The notes under the pieces were generated by a model. It saw only the letters and a list, made by a program, of their open reading frames with translations. It was not told where the DNA came from and did no database searches. DNA of 42,197 nucleotides from Planctomycetota bacterium (lineage in GTDB: Bacteria > Planctomycetota > Planctomycetia > Pirellulales > Thermoguttaceae), in contig JBDRTC010000212.1 of NCBI GenBank assembly GCA_043824335.1, positions 1-42,197 on the forward strand, written 5' to 3'. The position numbers and the translations under genes were made by a program. Positions 27,024 through 35,189 of the stretch are shown here, piece by piece (within the stretch, counting starts at the first letter, position 1; each line of letters begins with the position of its first letter).

Positions 27024-29288
27024 TCAGGCGGCTGTCCGCTTTGGGGTCACCCACGTTAGCAACAGCGGCAGCACGACCAGGTTGCCCGCCAGGCCGCCGA
27101 GCATGGTCAGACTGACCAGCACGCCGAAGTAGATCGTGGGCACGAACTGGCTGGTGACGAGCACCGTGAAGCCGACGATCAGTGCCAGCGTGGAAAAGAC
27201 GACCGCCCGGCCGACGCTTTGGTGAACCACCCTCAACGCCTGGTCGAGCGACTTGCCCTCGGCCCGGGCGCGGCGAAACGCCACGATGTAATGGATCTCC
27301 GAATCGATCGACAGCCCCATCGACACGGCGGCGATCATCGCGGCCCCCATGTTGATTTTCAGCCCCAGCCAGCCCATCAGCCCGGTGACGATCAGGATCG
27401 GAAGAACGTTGGGCACGAGCCCCACCAGCGCCAGCACCGGGCTGCGGAGCACGACTAGCAACATCAGCCCGATGCCCGCGGTCGCCACGCCGAAGGTGAG
27501 CCACTGGTCGCGAATGATGCTCTTGATCAGGTTCGTGAGCAGGACGAAGAAGCCGGTCACTTCCGCGCCCGGGGCATCGTCGGTCGGCGGGAATTCTTCG
27601 CGGCTGATCCGGGTCACCTGGTCGATCAGGTGCAGCTTCTGCGCGGCCGGTTGCCGCTCTCTCGCCCGGAGCATCACGCGCAGATAGTGTTGGCCCGGCT
27701 CCAGGGGGTCCTCGCCGTGCAGCGCTTCGACGAAGCCGGGCATCGCCTCGGTCAACCGGCGGATGCCCGTGCGTAAGACGGCGTTTCTCATCGTGGAGGT
27801 CCGCACGTTGTCGAGGTCCCTCGGCGATCCGGCCACCACGACGTCGGCCATGCTGATCACCTTCGTTAACCCGGGGACCTCTCCGCCTTCCGGGCCCGGC
27901 ACGAGCACCTCGGCCCGCAGGCGCTCCTCCAAGCGACGCACCCGGGTGAGATACTTCCAATTCAAGGTCTTGGGAGCGGGCAGGATCACGTCCCAGACGC
28001 CGGCGCCGCCCAGGTTGTCCTCGACGAACTGGTACGACCGCACTATCGGGCTGGAGGAACGAAAATTCCTGGTGAAGTCGGTCTCCACTTCGAGGCGGTA
28101 CGCGCCGGCGGCGGCCGCGCCGGCCACCACGAGCGTGGTGAGCCCGATCGTCATCGGCCGCCGCTCGACCCAGCGAACCGTGCGCTCCAGCTCGCGGTCG
28201 AGGCGGTTTTCCCCCCATGCCCGCTTCGGGTCGGGATCGAACCGGCCCAGAAGTGCCGTCCCCGGCACGAGGAGCACCACGCTGAGGAGCACCATCATGG
28301 CCCCGATGGCCATCATCAGGCCGAAATCCTGAATCGGCCCGACCTTGGCCACCATCAGGGAGCTGAACCCGGCGGCGTCGGTGGCGCAGGCCCAAAAGAC
28401 GGGCGCCACGAGCAGCGGACCGACGCACAACAGGGCCTCGCGCTGCGACAGGCCGCGCTCGCGCGCCTCGCGGAAACGGACGATAACGTGAACCACCGTG
28501 GCCACGCCCACCACGGTCACGATCGCCGTGAGCATCGAGCTGACCATGCTCAACTCGATGCCGGAGAGAACCAGCGTGGCCCGGGTCAACAAGAGCGTCA
28601 ACTGCACCACGGCGATCGGCACGATCACCCAACGGAGGCTGCGGAAGCAAAGGACGATCGTCAGGCTCAACAGGAGCGTGGTCGCCCAGCCCAATACGCG
28701 ACCGTCCCTCTCGACGTAGTTGAAGCCGTCCTCCACCATTACCGGCTCGCCGGTAATCATTCCCGAAGTCATCCCCGGGGGGAGCGTTGCCATGAGACCG
28801 CGGAGCCGCTCGATCGTTTCCGAACGCGTTGTATTCCCCCGCGGCTTGGGGTCCAACATGCAGACGACTGCCGAAGTCTTCCCGTCGGCGCCGTGGGTGT
28901 AGCCCTCGAAAAGCTCTTTGGCGCGGTCGGCCAGCAGTTCGCTTTCGCCGGCCATTTCCAGCGGCTGATCGAGGCTGAGGACGTCTTTCACGCCGGGCAC
29001 TTCCCCGAGGCGCCCGCTCAACTCGGCCAATCGCTCGATGCCGCGGCCAAACAGGTTCTCGTCGACGTAGACGGCCACCACCACCTCGTTGCCGCCGAAC
29101 GTCCGCTTCAGCTTGCCGTAGGGCGGCAGGAGCGGATCGGCGGGCGCGAACATGTTCTCAATCGAGCGGTCGAAGTGGAGTCCCCTGGCCGGAAAGAACG
29201 CCAGGACTGCCGCGACGATTCCCAAGAGCAAGAGAGGGACGCGCCAGGCAACCAGCAGCCCGATGAAGCGATCGGTCACTCTCGGCAT
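27024..29288 (-). CDS. MMPL/SSD-type RND-superfamily exporter (HpnN-like)
   Basis: 754 aa. ATG follows GGGAGA. It has two 6-TM bundles separated by soluble domains, the typical MMPL topology and sequence pattern. Confidence 0.75.
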   Translation of the reverse strand: MPRVTDRFIGLLVAWRVPLLLLGIVAAVLAFFPARGLHFDRSIENMFAPADPLLPPYGKLKRTFGGNEVVVAVYVDENLFGRGIERLAELSGRLGEVPGVKDVLSLDQPLEMAGESELLADRAKELFEGYTHGADGKTSAVVCMLDPKPRGNTTRSETIERLRGLMATLPPGMTSGMITGEPVMVEDGFNYVERDGRVLGWATTLLLSLTIVLCFRSLRWVIVPIAVVQLTLLLTRATLVLSGIELSMVSSMLTAIVTVVGVATVVHVIVRFREARERGLSQREALLCVGPLLVAPVFWACATDAAGFSSLMVAKVGPIQDFGLMMAIGAMMVLLSVVLLVPGTALLGRFDPDPKRAWGENRLDRELERTVRWVERRPMTIGLTTLVVAGAAAAGAYRLEVETDFTRNFRSSSPIVRSYQFVEDNLGGAGVWDVILPAPKTLNWKYLTRVRRLEERLRAEVLVPGPEGGEVPGLTKVISMADVVVAGSPRDLDNVRTSTMRNAVLRTGIRRLTEAMPGFVEALHGEDPLEPGQHYLRVMLRARERQPAAQKLHLIDQVTRISREEFPPTDDAPGAEVTGFFVLLTNLIKSIIRDQWLTFGVATAGIGLMLLVVLRSPVLALVGLVPNVLPILIVTGLMGWLGLKINMGAAMIAAVSMGLSIDSEIHYIVAFRRARAEGKSLDQALRVVHQSVGRAVVFSTLALIVGFTVLVTSQFVPTIYFGVLVSLTMLGGLAGNLVVLPLLLTWVTPKRTAA

Positions 29289-29490
29289 GGTTTATCTCCC
29301 GCGATCCGGGTGGCCCGTTGGCAGCCTTTTTCAACGGGCTGTTCGCGTGTGCTTTCGGGCCCGGCCAAAAGACAGCGTACGCGCCGGGCCAGCCCACGGC
29401 AACGGGTCGGGTGGATCAGCGCTTGCCAAACGCCCTCTCCATTGCCACCCTGAAGTCGGGCTACCGCGCAGATGGGGGGGGACGCGGCTT

Positions 29491-29591
29491 AGGGGCGGCC
29501 GGAGAATAACTCGGGGACTGTCCCGATTTTCCCGCAGGGAAAATGGGACTGTCCCCCTCCCAAACCGGGAAGTTATTTATCGGCCGCCCCT
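29491..29591. repeat. ~100-bp compound imperfect palindrome (REP/MITE-like or structured RNA)
   Basis: Outer arms AGGGGCGGCCG / CGGCCGCCCCT are perfect over 11 bp, followed by AATAACT / AGTTATT. The inner hairpin is GGGGACTGTCCCgATTTTCCC-gca-GGGAAAATGGGACTGTCCCC. Confidence 0.75.
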
Positions 29592-29768
29592 TATTTCGAA
29601 ACGTCGACAAGCGTTGTCTTTTTGCACGCTGGCGAGCCGTTCCTCACCGGGGGGCGGGGAATCGGTCCGGAAAGCGGACCCGAATGGGCGGTAGGGCGTG
29701 ACGCAAGTCTTTAGCAGCAATAGGTTTGTTGGCCTTTCGTTGTTCCGGGGGGAAGTCTCCCCGCGTTG

Positions 29769-29783
29769 TGGCACACCGATTGC
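29769..29783 (+). promoter_or_regulatory. Sigma-54 (-24/-12) promoter candidate upstream of the GT4 gene
   Basis: TGGCACaccgaTTGC matches TGGCAC-N5-TTGC exactly, 69 nt upstream of the ATG at 29852. The 11-bp direct repeat ACCGATTGCCA occurs at 29775 and 29806. Confidence 0.5.
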
Positions 29784-29851
29784 CACGATCGTTTACCACA
29801 CTCAGACCGATTGCCATTTGTCCGGCTCGCACACTATCGAGACTCCCGAGT

Positions 29852-30985
29852 ATGGCTCACAGCTTTCCGTCCAAACACCTCCGAGCATTGCACGTGATTA
29901 ACGGGGAGCACTACGCCGGGGCGGAGCGGGTCCAGGACCTGTTGGGCGCGACGCTGCCCGGCTTTGGCGTCGACGTCGGATTCGCCTGCGTCAAGCCGGA
30001 CCAGTTCCCCACGGTGCGGAAGAACCGAGCGGCTCCCCTCTACGAGCTGCCGATGCGGAGCCGGTTCGACCTCAGGAGCGTGGGCCGATTGGTGGGAATC
30101 GTCCGCCGGGAAGGCTACCAACTCCTCCACGCCCACACGCCCCGAACGCTGCTGGTGGCCGCTTTGGCGTCGCTGGTCGCGGGCGTGCCGCTGGTGTACC
30201 ACGTACACAGTCCCACGTCGCGCGATTCGACCCGTCGCTGGCGGAATCGGGTGAACGCCTGGGTCGAGTGGCTGGGGATGCTCGTCGCGTCGAGCCTGAT
30301 CGCCGTCTCGCAAAGCTTGGGAGGGCACGTCCGCCGGCTTGGTTTTTCCAGACGGAAGATCACCGTCGTGGCCAACGGCGTTCCCCGCGGGCAGCGCGTA
30401 TCGGCCCGGCAACCGGATAAGGGGGAGTGGACCTTGGGAACGGTGGCGTTGTTTCGCCCTCGCAAGGGCGTTGAAGTCCTGTTGGAGGCCCTGGCCAAGC
30501 TCCGGTCGGAGGGCTTGCCCGTGCGGCTTCGCGCGGTGGGCGGCTTCGAGACTTCCGAATACGAGCGTCAGGTCAAGAGGCTCGCCGGGGAACTCGGCCT
30601 GGCCGATGCGGTCGAGTGGGTCGGGTTTGTCGAGGATGTCGACGGCGAATGGGCCAGGATGGACCTGTTTGTCTTGCCCAGCCTCTTCGGTGAGGGGCTG
30701 CCGATGGTCGTTCTCGAGGCCATGGCGGCCGGCGTGCCGGTCGTGGCCACGCGGGTCGAGGGCGTTCCGGAGGCGATCCGCGACGCGGAAGACGGCCTCC
30801 TGGCCGATCCGGGCGATCCGGGCTCGCTGGCCCGAGTTATCGGTCGCGTGGTTCGCGGCGAGGTGGACTGGTCGGCCTTGCGAGAAAGCGCCCTTGCGCA
30901 GCACGCCGAGAAGTTCTCCGACTCGGCCATGGCCGCGGGAGTGGCGGGAGTCTACCGCCGGGTGTTGAACGGGAAGGGTCTGTGA
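29852..30985 (+). CDS. Glycosyltransferase family 4 (GT-B, Glycos_transf_1)
   Basis: ..GAERVQDLL.., ..LHAHTPR.., and the C-terminal EX7E-type region ..LPSLFGEGLPMVVLEAMAAGVPVVATRVEGVPE... Confidence 0.8.
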   Translation: MAHSFPSKHLRALHVINGEHYAGAERVQDLLGATLPGFGVDVGFACVKPDQFPTVRKNRAAPLYELPMRSRFDLRSVGRLVGIVRREGYQLLHAHTPRTLLVAALASLVAGVPLVYHVHSPTSRDSTRRWRNRVNAWVEWLGMLVASSLIAVSQSLGGHVRRLGFSRRKITVVANGVPRGQRVSARQPDKGEWTLGTVALFRPRKGVEVLLEALAKLRSEGLPVRLRAVGGFETSEYERQVKRLAGELGLADAVEWVGFVEDVDGEWARMDLFVLPSLFGEGLPMVVLEAMAAGVPVVATRVEGVPEAIRDAEDGLLADPGDPGSLARVIGRVVRGEVDWSALRESALAQHAEKFSDSAMAAGVAGVYRRVLNGKGL

Positions 30986-30988
30986 GAC

Positions 30989-31492
30989 TCAGTCGGCCGC
31001 CCCGACCGGTTCGGCTTCCTCCGGTTCCGCCTCCTGAGGCGCTTTTGCCGCAACGGTCTGGGAGGCCGAATCGAGTTGGCGCGTCTCTCCCTGAACCCGG
31101 GCCACGACCGCGTTGAACTCCTCGGCAAATTCCTGCCAGAAGTCATTCTCGCGGAAATGGATTGGCTCCACGTGCTCCCCTCGGGCCATCGCCCGCATGG
31201 ATCGCCGCAGCCGTACCAAAGGTCCGGTAAAACGGTTGCTCAGGCGGATGATATCGACGATCACCATCGGCAGGAGGACAAACGACGCCACCAGCGCCGG
31301 ACCGTAGTGGAACCACATGTCGTCGAAATGCGTGTAGAAAATGCGCGGCGTGCGGAGAACGCTCCAGCACAACAGCATCAGCATGATCGTGATCAGGCAG
31401 ACGACCCAGTACAACAACACCCGCATCACCAAGGCCCCTTGAACCTTGGGGTCGACAAACAATCGTTTCCTTATTCGTTTCACCTGCGACAT
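30989..31492 (-). CDS. Small membrane protein: 2 TM + HAMP-like linker, no output domain
   Basis: ATG at 31492 follows GGAGG. TM1 ALVMRVLLYWVVCLITIMLMLLCW and TM2 GPALVASFVLLPMVIVDII are followed by RLSNRFTGPLVRLRRSMRAMARGE (HAMP-like). The tail is acidic and P/E/A-rich. Confidence 0.55.
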   Translation of the reverse strand: MSQVKRIRKRLFVDPKVQGALVMRVLLYWVVCLITIMLMLLCWSVLRTPRIFYTHFDDMWFHYGPALVASFVLLPMVIVDIIRLSNRFTGPLVRLRRSMRAMARGEHVEPIHFRENDFWQEFAEEFNAVVARVQGETRQLDSASQTVAAKAPQEAEPEEAEPVGAAD

Positions 31493-31677
31493 GAGAGGAA
31501 TACCTCCGCAACGGCAAACACGTGTACTGGTCCGGCGGCGCCCGGGAGACAAAAACGAGTGCTCGAAGCCGTTCACACACTATCCCAACGTAGCTTATTC
31601 CCAGCGACGAGGTCGCCGGCCGGACCGCTACAATCGGCAAGATCCGAGCGAAACCATCCGGGTCGGGCGAGCCGCCG

Positions 31678-32421
31678 CTACTTGCAGGCGATCGTGCGGG
31701 CCAGCGGCTGGAGCACGTGCTCGATGACGTGATTCTCGATCATCTCGTGGCAGGTTTCCGCCAGCTTTTCCAGGGTTTCGCCGAACGTGCGGTCCGGTTT
31801 CAGGCTGCCATACTGGCGGGCGGTGACGTAGACGCTGAGCTGGTCTTCGGGAAACTCGCCCGTGCGAATCTGGTAGGCGTTCGTCCGCGTTTCCACGCTC
31901 AGCCGGCATTGCAGCCGACACTCTTCATCTAAAGCGACGGTCAGCGACGGCTCGTGGCTGATCACCGTGGCGCCGGGAATTTCCGCCAACCGGTCCATTG
32001 CCGGACTGACCCCCAAGGCTTCGGTCACCAACTGGTTGTGGTTGCCCCGGTAGGTGAAGTCGAAACCGAACAAAAGATCCAACGCCTCGCAGTCCAGAGG
32101 GCTGACCGAAAGATCATACGGCGCCAGGTCCAACACAAGCCGATGCTGCTGCATGGCCGAATCGAGGGTCTCGGGATTGACTTGGCCGGAGCAGACCCGC
32201 CGCGGTTCGATCGTACACCAGCGGTAGCACCCCTGGTTCTTGTCCTCCTCCAGAACAAAATCTCCCCGCTCGCGGCAATAAAAATTCCGCATGGTGGGAA
32301 ACGTCTTTTGCACCCGCTCGAAAAAGTGGAGAATCGTCTCGCGGTTTGCCGGAAGCTCCATCTCCGTGCTGAGGTTCATGTTGACGTAGAAATCGTCGCA
32401 CAACGAACTGTAAGGATTCAT
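31678..32421 (-). CDS. Hypothetical protein (247 aa), family not recognised
   Basis: ATG at 32421 follows GAGGGAA. The composition is balanced and coding-like. The upstream 21 codons of the tracked ORF are discounted. Confidence 0.55.
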   Translation of the reverse strand: MNPYSSLCDDFYVNMNLSTEMELPANRETILHFFERVQKTFPTMRNFYCRERGDFVLEEDKNQGCYRWCTIEPRRVCSGQVNPETLDSAMQQHRLVLDLAPYDLSVSPLDCEALDLLFGFDFTYRGNHNQLVTEALGVSPAMDRLAEIPGATVISHEPSLTVALDEECRLQCRLSVETRTNAYQIRTGEFPEDQLSVYVTARQYGSLKPDRTFGETLEKLAETCHEMIENHVIEHVLQPLARTIACK

Positions 32422-32573
32422 CCGAGAAATTCCCTCGCACTCGAACCGCCCCAAAATACCCCCTCCCTGAGAGGGGGGCTGCATACCATTGGGAGACTAT
32501 TCAGAAATCCCCGTCTCTAGTATAGGGCGACCAGCCCCGAACTGTCAAAGCCGCAGCAGGAGGGAACTTAACG

Positions 32574-33134
32574 ATGACCACCAAAGTTTCGACTGCCCGC
32601 GATCGGAGATCCAAGGCACACGCCCAATCGCAGACCGCCGGGGCACTCGCCGTTTTTCCCAGCAGCCTGGGATGGATGGCGCTAGTCGGCGCCGGCCGTA
32701 CGCTCCGGTGGCTCACGTTTGGGCACCGCTCGGCGGAAGCGGCGGTCGCTTCACTGCCTGCGGACCTGGTGCACAGTAGCCGATCGGACACCTGGAATCA
32801 GTCGCTGGTCCGTCGTCTCCAGGCCTACGCGTCCGGTACGCGGGACGATTTTCTTAATATCGAAGCCGACCCCGGCCCCCAAACCGCCTTCCAGCGCCAA
32901 GTCCTTCGATGCTGCCGGCAGATACCGTATGGCGCGACACTCACCTACGGACAACTGGCCGCCAAGGCGGGCCATCCCGGCGCGGCTCGGGCGGTCGGCC
33001 GCTCGATGGCCGCCAATCGCATTCCGCTGGTCGTCCCCTGCCACCGCGTCATCTCCTCCGACGGGGGGCTTTGCGGCTACTCTGCAGCCGGGGGCGTTCG
33101 GATGAAACGACGCTTGCTCGAACTCGAGCGCTGA
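32574..33134 (+). CDS. ogt: Methylated-DNA--protein-cysteine methyltransferase
   Basis: ATG follows GCAGGAGGGA. Active-site motif IPLVVPCHRVI. ..TYGQLAAKAGHPGAARAVG... Confidence 0.85.
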   Translation: MTTKVSTARDRRSKAHAQSQTAGALAVFPSSLGWMALVGAGRTLRWLTFGHRSAEAAVASLPADLVHSSRSDTWNQSLVRRLQAYASGTRDDFLNIEADPGPQTAFQRQVLRCCRQIPYGATLTYGQLAAKAGHPGAARAVGRSMAANRIPLVVPCHRVISSDGGLCGYSAAGGVRMKRRLLELER

Positions 33135-33178
33135 TACCTCGCGACAGCCAATTCCCCTGGGTTGCGTGGCACTGGCGT

Positions 33179-34489
33179 CTAACTCGCTTTTTTCAACGGG
33201 TTGCTGGGCCCAGCGTCCACGAGGTCCGCCAGCAGACGGAACGTACGGCCGGTCGCCCCCAATTGCTCCGCCACCAGAGCCGTCGCCTGTTCGTTCAACG
33301 CGACCGCGTAATCAGGAGCTTCCAGACAGCGGCGGACGAATCGGGTGAGTTGCGGGCCGTCGTGGACGACGACTGCCGCGTTGCGGGCGAGCAGGGCGGC
33401 CACGATGTCGCGGAAGTTTCGCGTGTTGGGGCCAAAACAGACGGCGGCCCCGTAGGCGGCCGGTTCGATCATGTTCTGTCCGCCCCGGGTTCCCATGCTG
33501 CCGCCGACGAACGCGATCTGGGCCGTACCCCACCACGCTCCCAACTCGCCCACGGCATCGACCAGCAGCACGCGCGCTTCGGGATCGGGAGCCTGTTGAT
33601 CGAGTGCGGTCCGCCACTGCCAGGGCAGTCCGGAGCCGTCCAGCAACCGGGCGACAGCTTCAAAGCGGTCCGGATGCCGGGGAACCAGAATCAGCCGCAG
33701 CCGAGGCCAGGCGCCGGAAAGCTCGCCAAAGGTGGCCAGGGCGAGCGATTCTTCCGGCTCCTGCGTGCTGCCGGCCAGAAAGACGACGTCGCCCTCGGCA
33801 AAGCCGGCCAGCCGGTGCAGCCGTCGGGTAGTTGGGTTGTTGCGGTCGGTTTCCGCGCCGTCGTACTTCATCGAGCCCGTGACCCGAACCGACTCCTCGC
33901 AAGCCCCCAACCGGCGAAACCGTTGCGCGTAGGTCTCGTCCTGGACGGCCACAAGGTCGATCCGCCCGAGCAGCCGGGCCACGAGCGGGCGAATCCGGGA
34001 GTATCCGCGAAAACTGTGCTCGCTCAGGCGCCCGTTGATGACCGCCACCCGGGCCCCGGCTTTCCGCGCCGCCGTGACCAGGTTCGGCCAAAGCTCCAGC
34101 TCCGCCAAGACCAACGTGCTGGGGCGAATCCGCCGCATCGACCGGCGTACGGCCCAACTGAAATCCAAGGGGCAATAGAAGACGGTCAGGTGGGGGTATT
34201 TTTTTCTGGCCAGCTCGATGCCGGTCTTCGTGGTGGTGGAAACGACGCACTCCCACTCGGGCCTCTTGTCGGCAATTTCCCGGATCAGCGTGGCCACCAG
34301 GTTGACTTCGCCGACGCTGACCGCGTGGAGCCAGACGCAAGTCCTCGGGGAATCTCGACGCGGCACGCGGCCCAGGAATTTCTCGGCGAATCCCTCTCGA
34401 TACTTGCCCTTGCGCACCGCCTGATAGACCAGCCACGGCAAGGACACGAAGATGAGCGCCAGGTAGACAAGATTCAGCAGATAGGGCAT
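33179..34489 (-). CDS. waaA: 3-deoxy-D-manno-octulosonic acid (Kdo) transferase
   Basis: The N-terminal TM segment and ..WLHAVSVGEV..L.., ..TTTKTG.., ..ELELWPNL.., ..FVGGS.. are typical of WaaA/KdtA. Confidence 0.85.
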   Translation of the reverse strand: MPYLLNLVYLALIFVSLPWLVYQAVRKGKYREGFAEKFLGRVPRRDSPRTCVWLHAVSVGEVNLVATLIREIADKRPEWECVVSTTTKTGIELARKKYPHLTVFYCPLDFSWAVRRSMRRIRPSTLVLAELELWPNLVTAARKAGARVAVINGRLSEHSFRGYSRIRPLVARLLGRIDLVAVQDETYAQRFRRLGACEESVRVTGSMKYDGAETDRNNPTTRRLHRLAGFAEGDVVFLAGSTQEPEESLALATFGELSGAWPRLRLILVPRHPDRFEAVARLLDGSGLPWQWRTALDQQAPDPEARVLLVDAVGELGAWWGTAQIAFVGGSMGTRGGQNMIEPAAYGAAVCFGPNTRNFRDIVAALLARNAAVVVHDGPQLTRFVRRCLEAPDYAVALNEQATALVAEQLGATGRTFRLLADLVDAGPSNPLKKAS

Positions 34490-34547
34490 TTATGGGAATC
34501 CTTCCCCGAGATTCTCGCTGCTCGCTCGAGAGCCGGCCGACCTGATT

Positions 34548-34790
34548 CTAACCGAGAGCTACCCTGGTTGTGAGTCGATCCGAAGAACACGGTTTCCGGA
34601 CGGCGTCTACCGGAACCGAAGCCACGGCCAGCGTGTCGCCGTTCGCGGAGAACAGCTCCACTTCGAAGCCAACGACGTTCCCCGAGGGGTCACGGTGTAC
34701 TTCAACAATCGTGGCAACGTCGCCCGGGCGCAGGTCTTCCTCGGCAACTTCCTGCTTCAGCACGACTCGGCTAAACGGCTCGAAAGTCAT
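34548..34790 (-). CDS. DUF4926-family small protein
   Basis: MTFEPFSRVVLKQEVAEEDLRPGDVATIVEVH..GFEVELFSANGDTLAVASVP fits the DUF4926 pattern. The ATG overlaps the upstream gene's stop (ATGA). Confidence 0.6.
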   Translation of the reverse strand: MTFEPFSRVVLKQEVAEEDLRPGDVATIVEVHRDPSGNVVGFEVELFSANGDTLAVASVPVDAVRKPCSSDRLTTRVALG

Positions 34791-35125
34791 TCTTTGGGCT
34801 CCGGAATGAGAGTGATCAATCGCGGAAACGACTCGCCGTGGCGTATCATCCAGACGGACGTAGCCATGATGCTTCCTTTGGGGCCGGACAATGACCGAGT
34901 AATCTCGTACTTGGCGCCAAAGGCGGAGGGAGCGCCTTCACGAGCGTCCGCGGAGAGATGCTGCTTTCTCAAGGCCCACTCCAATTCCTCGGGACACGTG
35001 GCGTCGAATCCCGCATGAGCGAGCACCCGCGCCTTCGATGCCCCGTCTGGATGGTCGATGTTGAGCAAGTAACGCACGATCTTCTCCTCGGAGATCAGCG
35101 CTCGCTCGGCTCCCGGTATCCGCAT
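34787..35125 (-). CDS. DUF6883-family protein
   Basis: ATG at 35125. ..ISEEKIVRYLLNIDHPDGASKARVLAHAGF.. matches the DUF6883 core (KL..YLL...H..G..KA..F...GF). The upstream part of ORF 34787..35377 overlaps the secA 3' end and is rejected. Confidence 0.55.
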   Translation of the reverse strand: MRIPGAERALISEEKIVRYLLNIDHPDGASKARVLAHAGFDATCPEELEWALRKQHLSADAREGAPSAFGAKYEITRSLSGPKGSIMATSVWMIRHGESFPRLITLIPEPKE

Positions 35126-35189
35126 GTTCGTTCCATCAATCGCTGAGTCCGCGTCGCCCCCCGATTGCCCGGTTTGTGCAATGTTGGGA

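Noticed and set aside
26932-28650. 572-aa minus-strand ORF overlapping the MMPL gene in another frame
   Set aside because: It is extremely Arg/Gly/Pro/Asp-rich with no TM or domain pattern. The 27024..29288 frame encodes a coherent MMPL transporter.
32909-34573. 554-aa plus-strand ORF antisense to waaA, and 19874..21124 antisense to gdhA
   Set aside because: These are shadow ORFs opposite genes with unmistakable family signatures.
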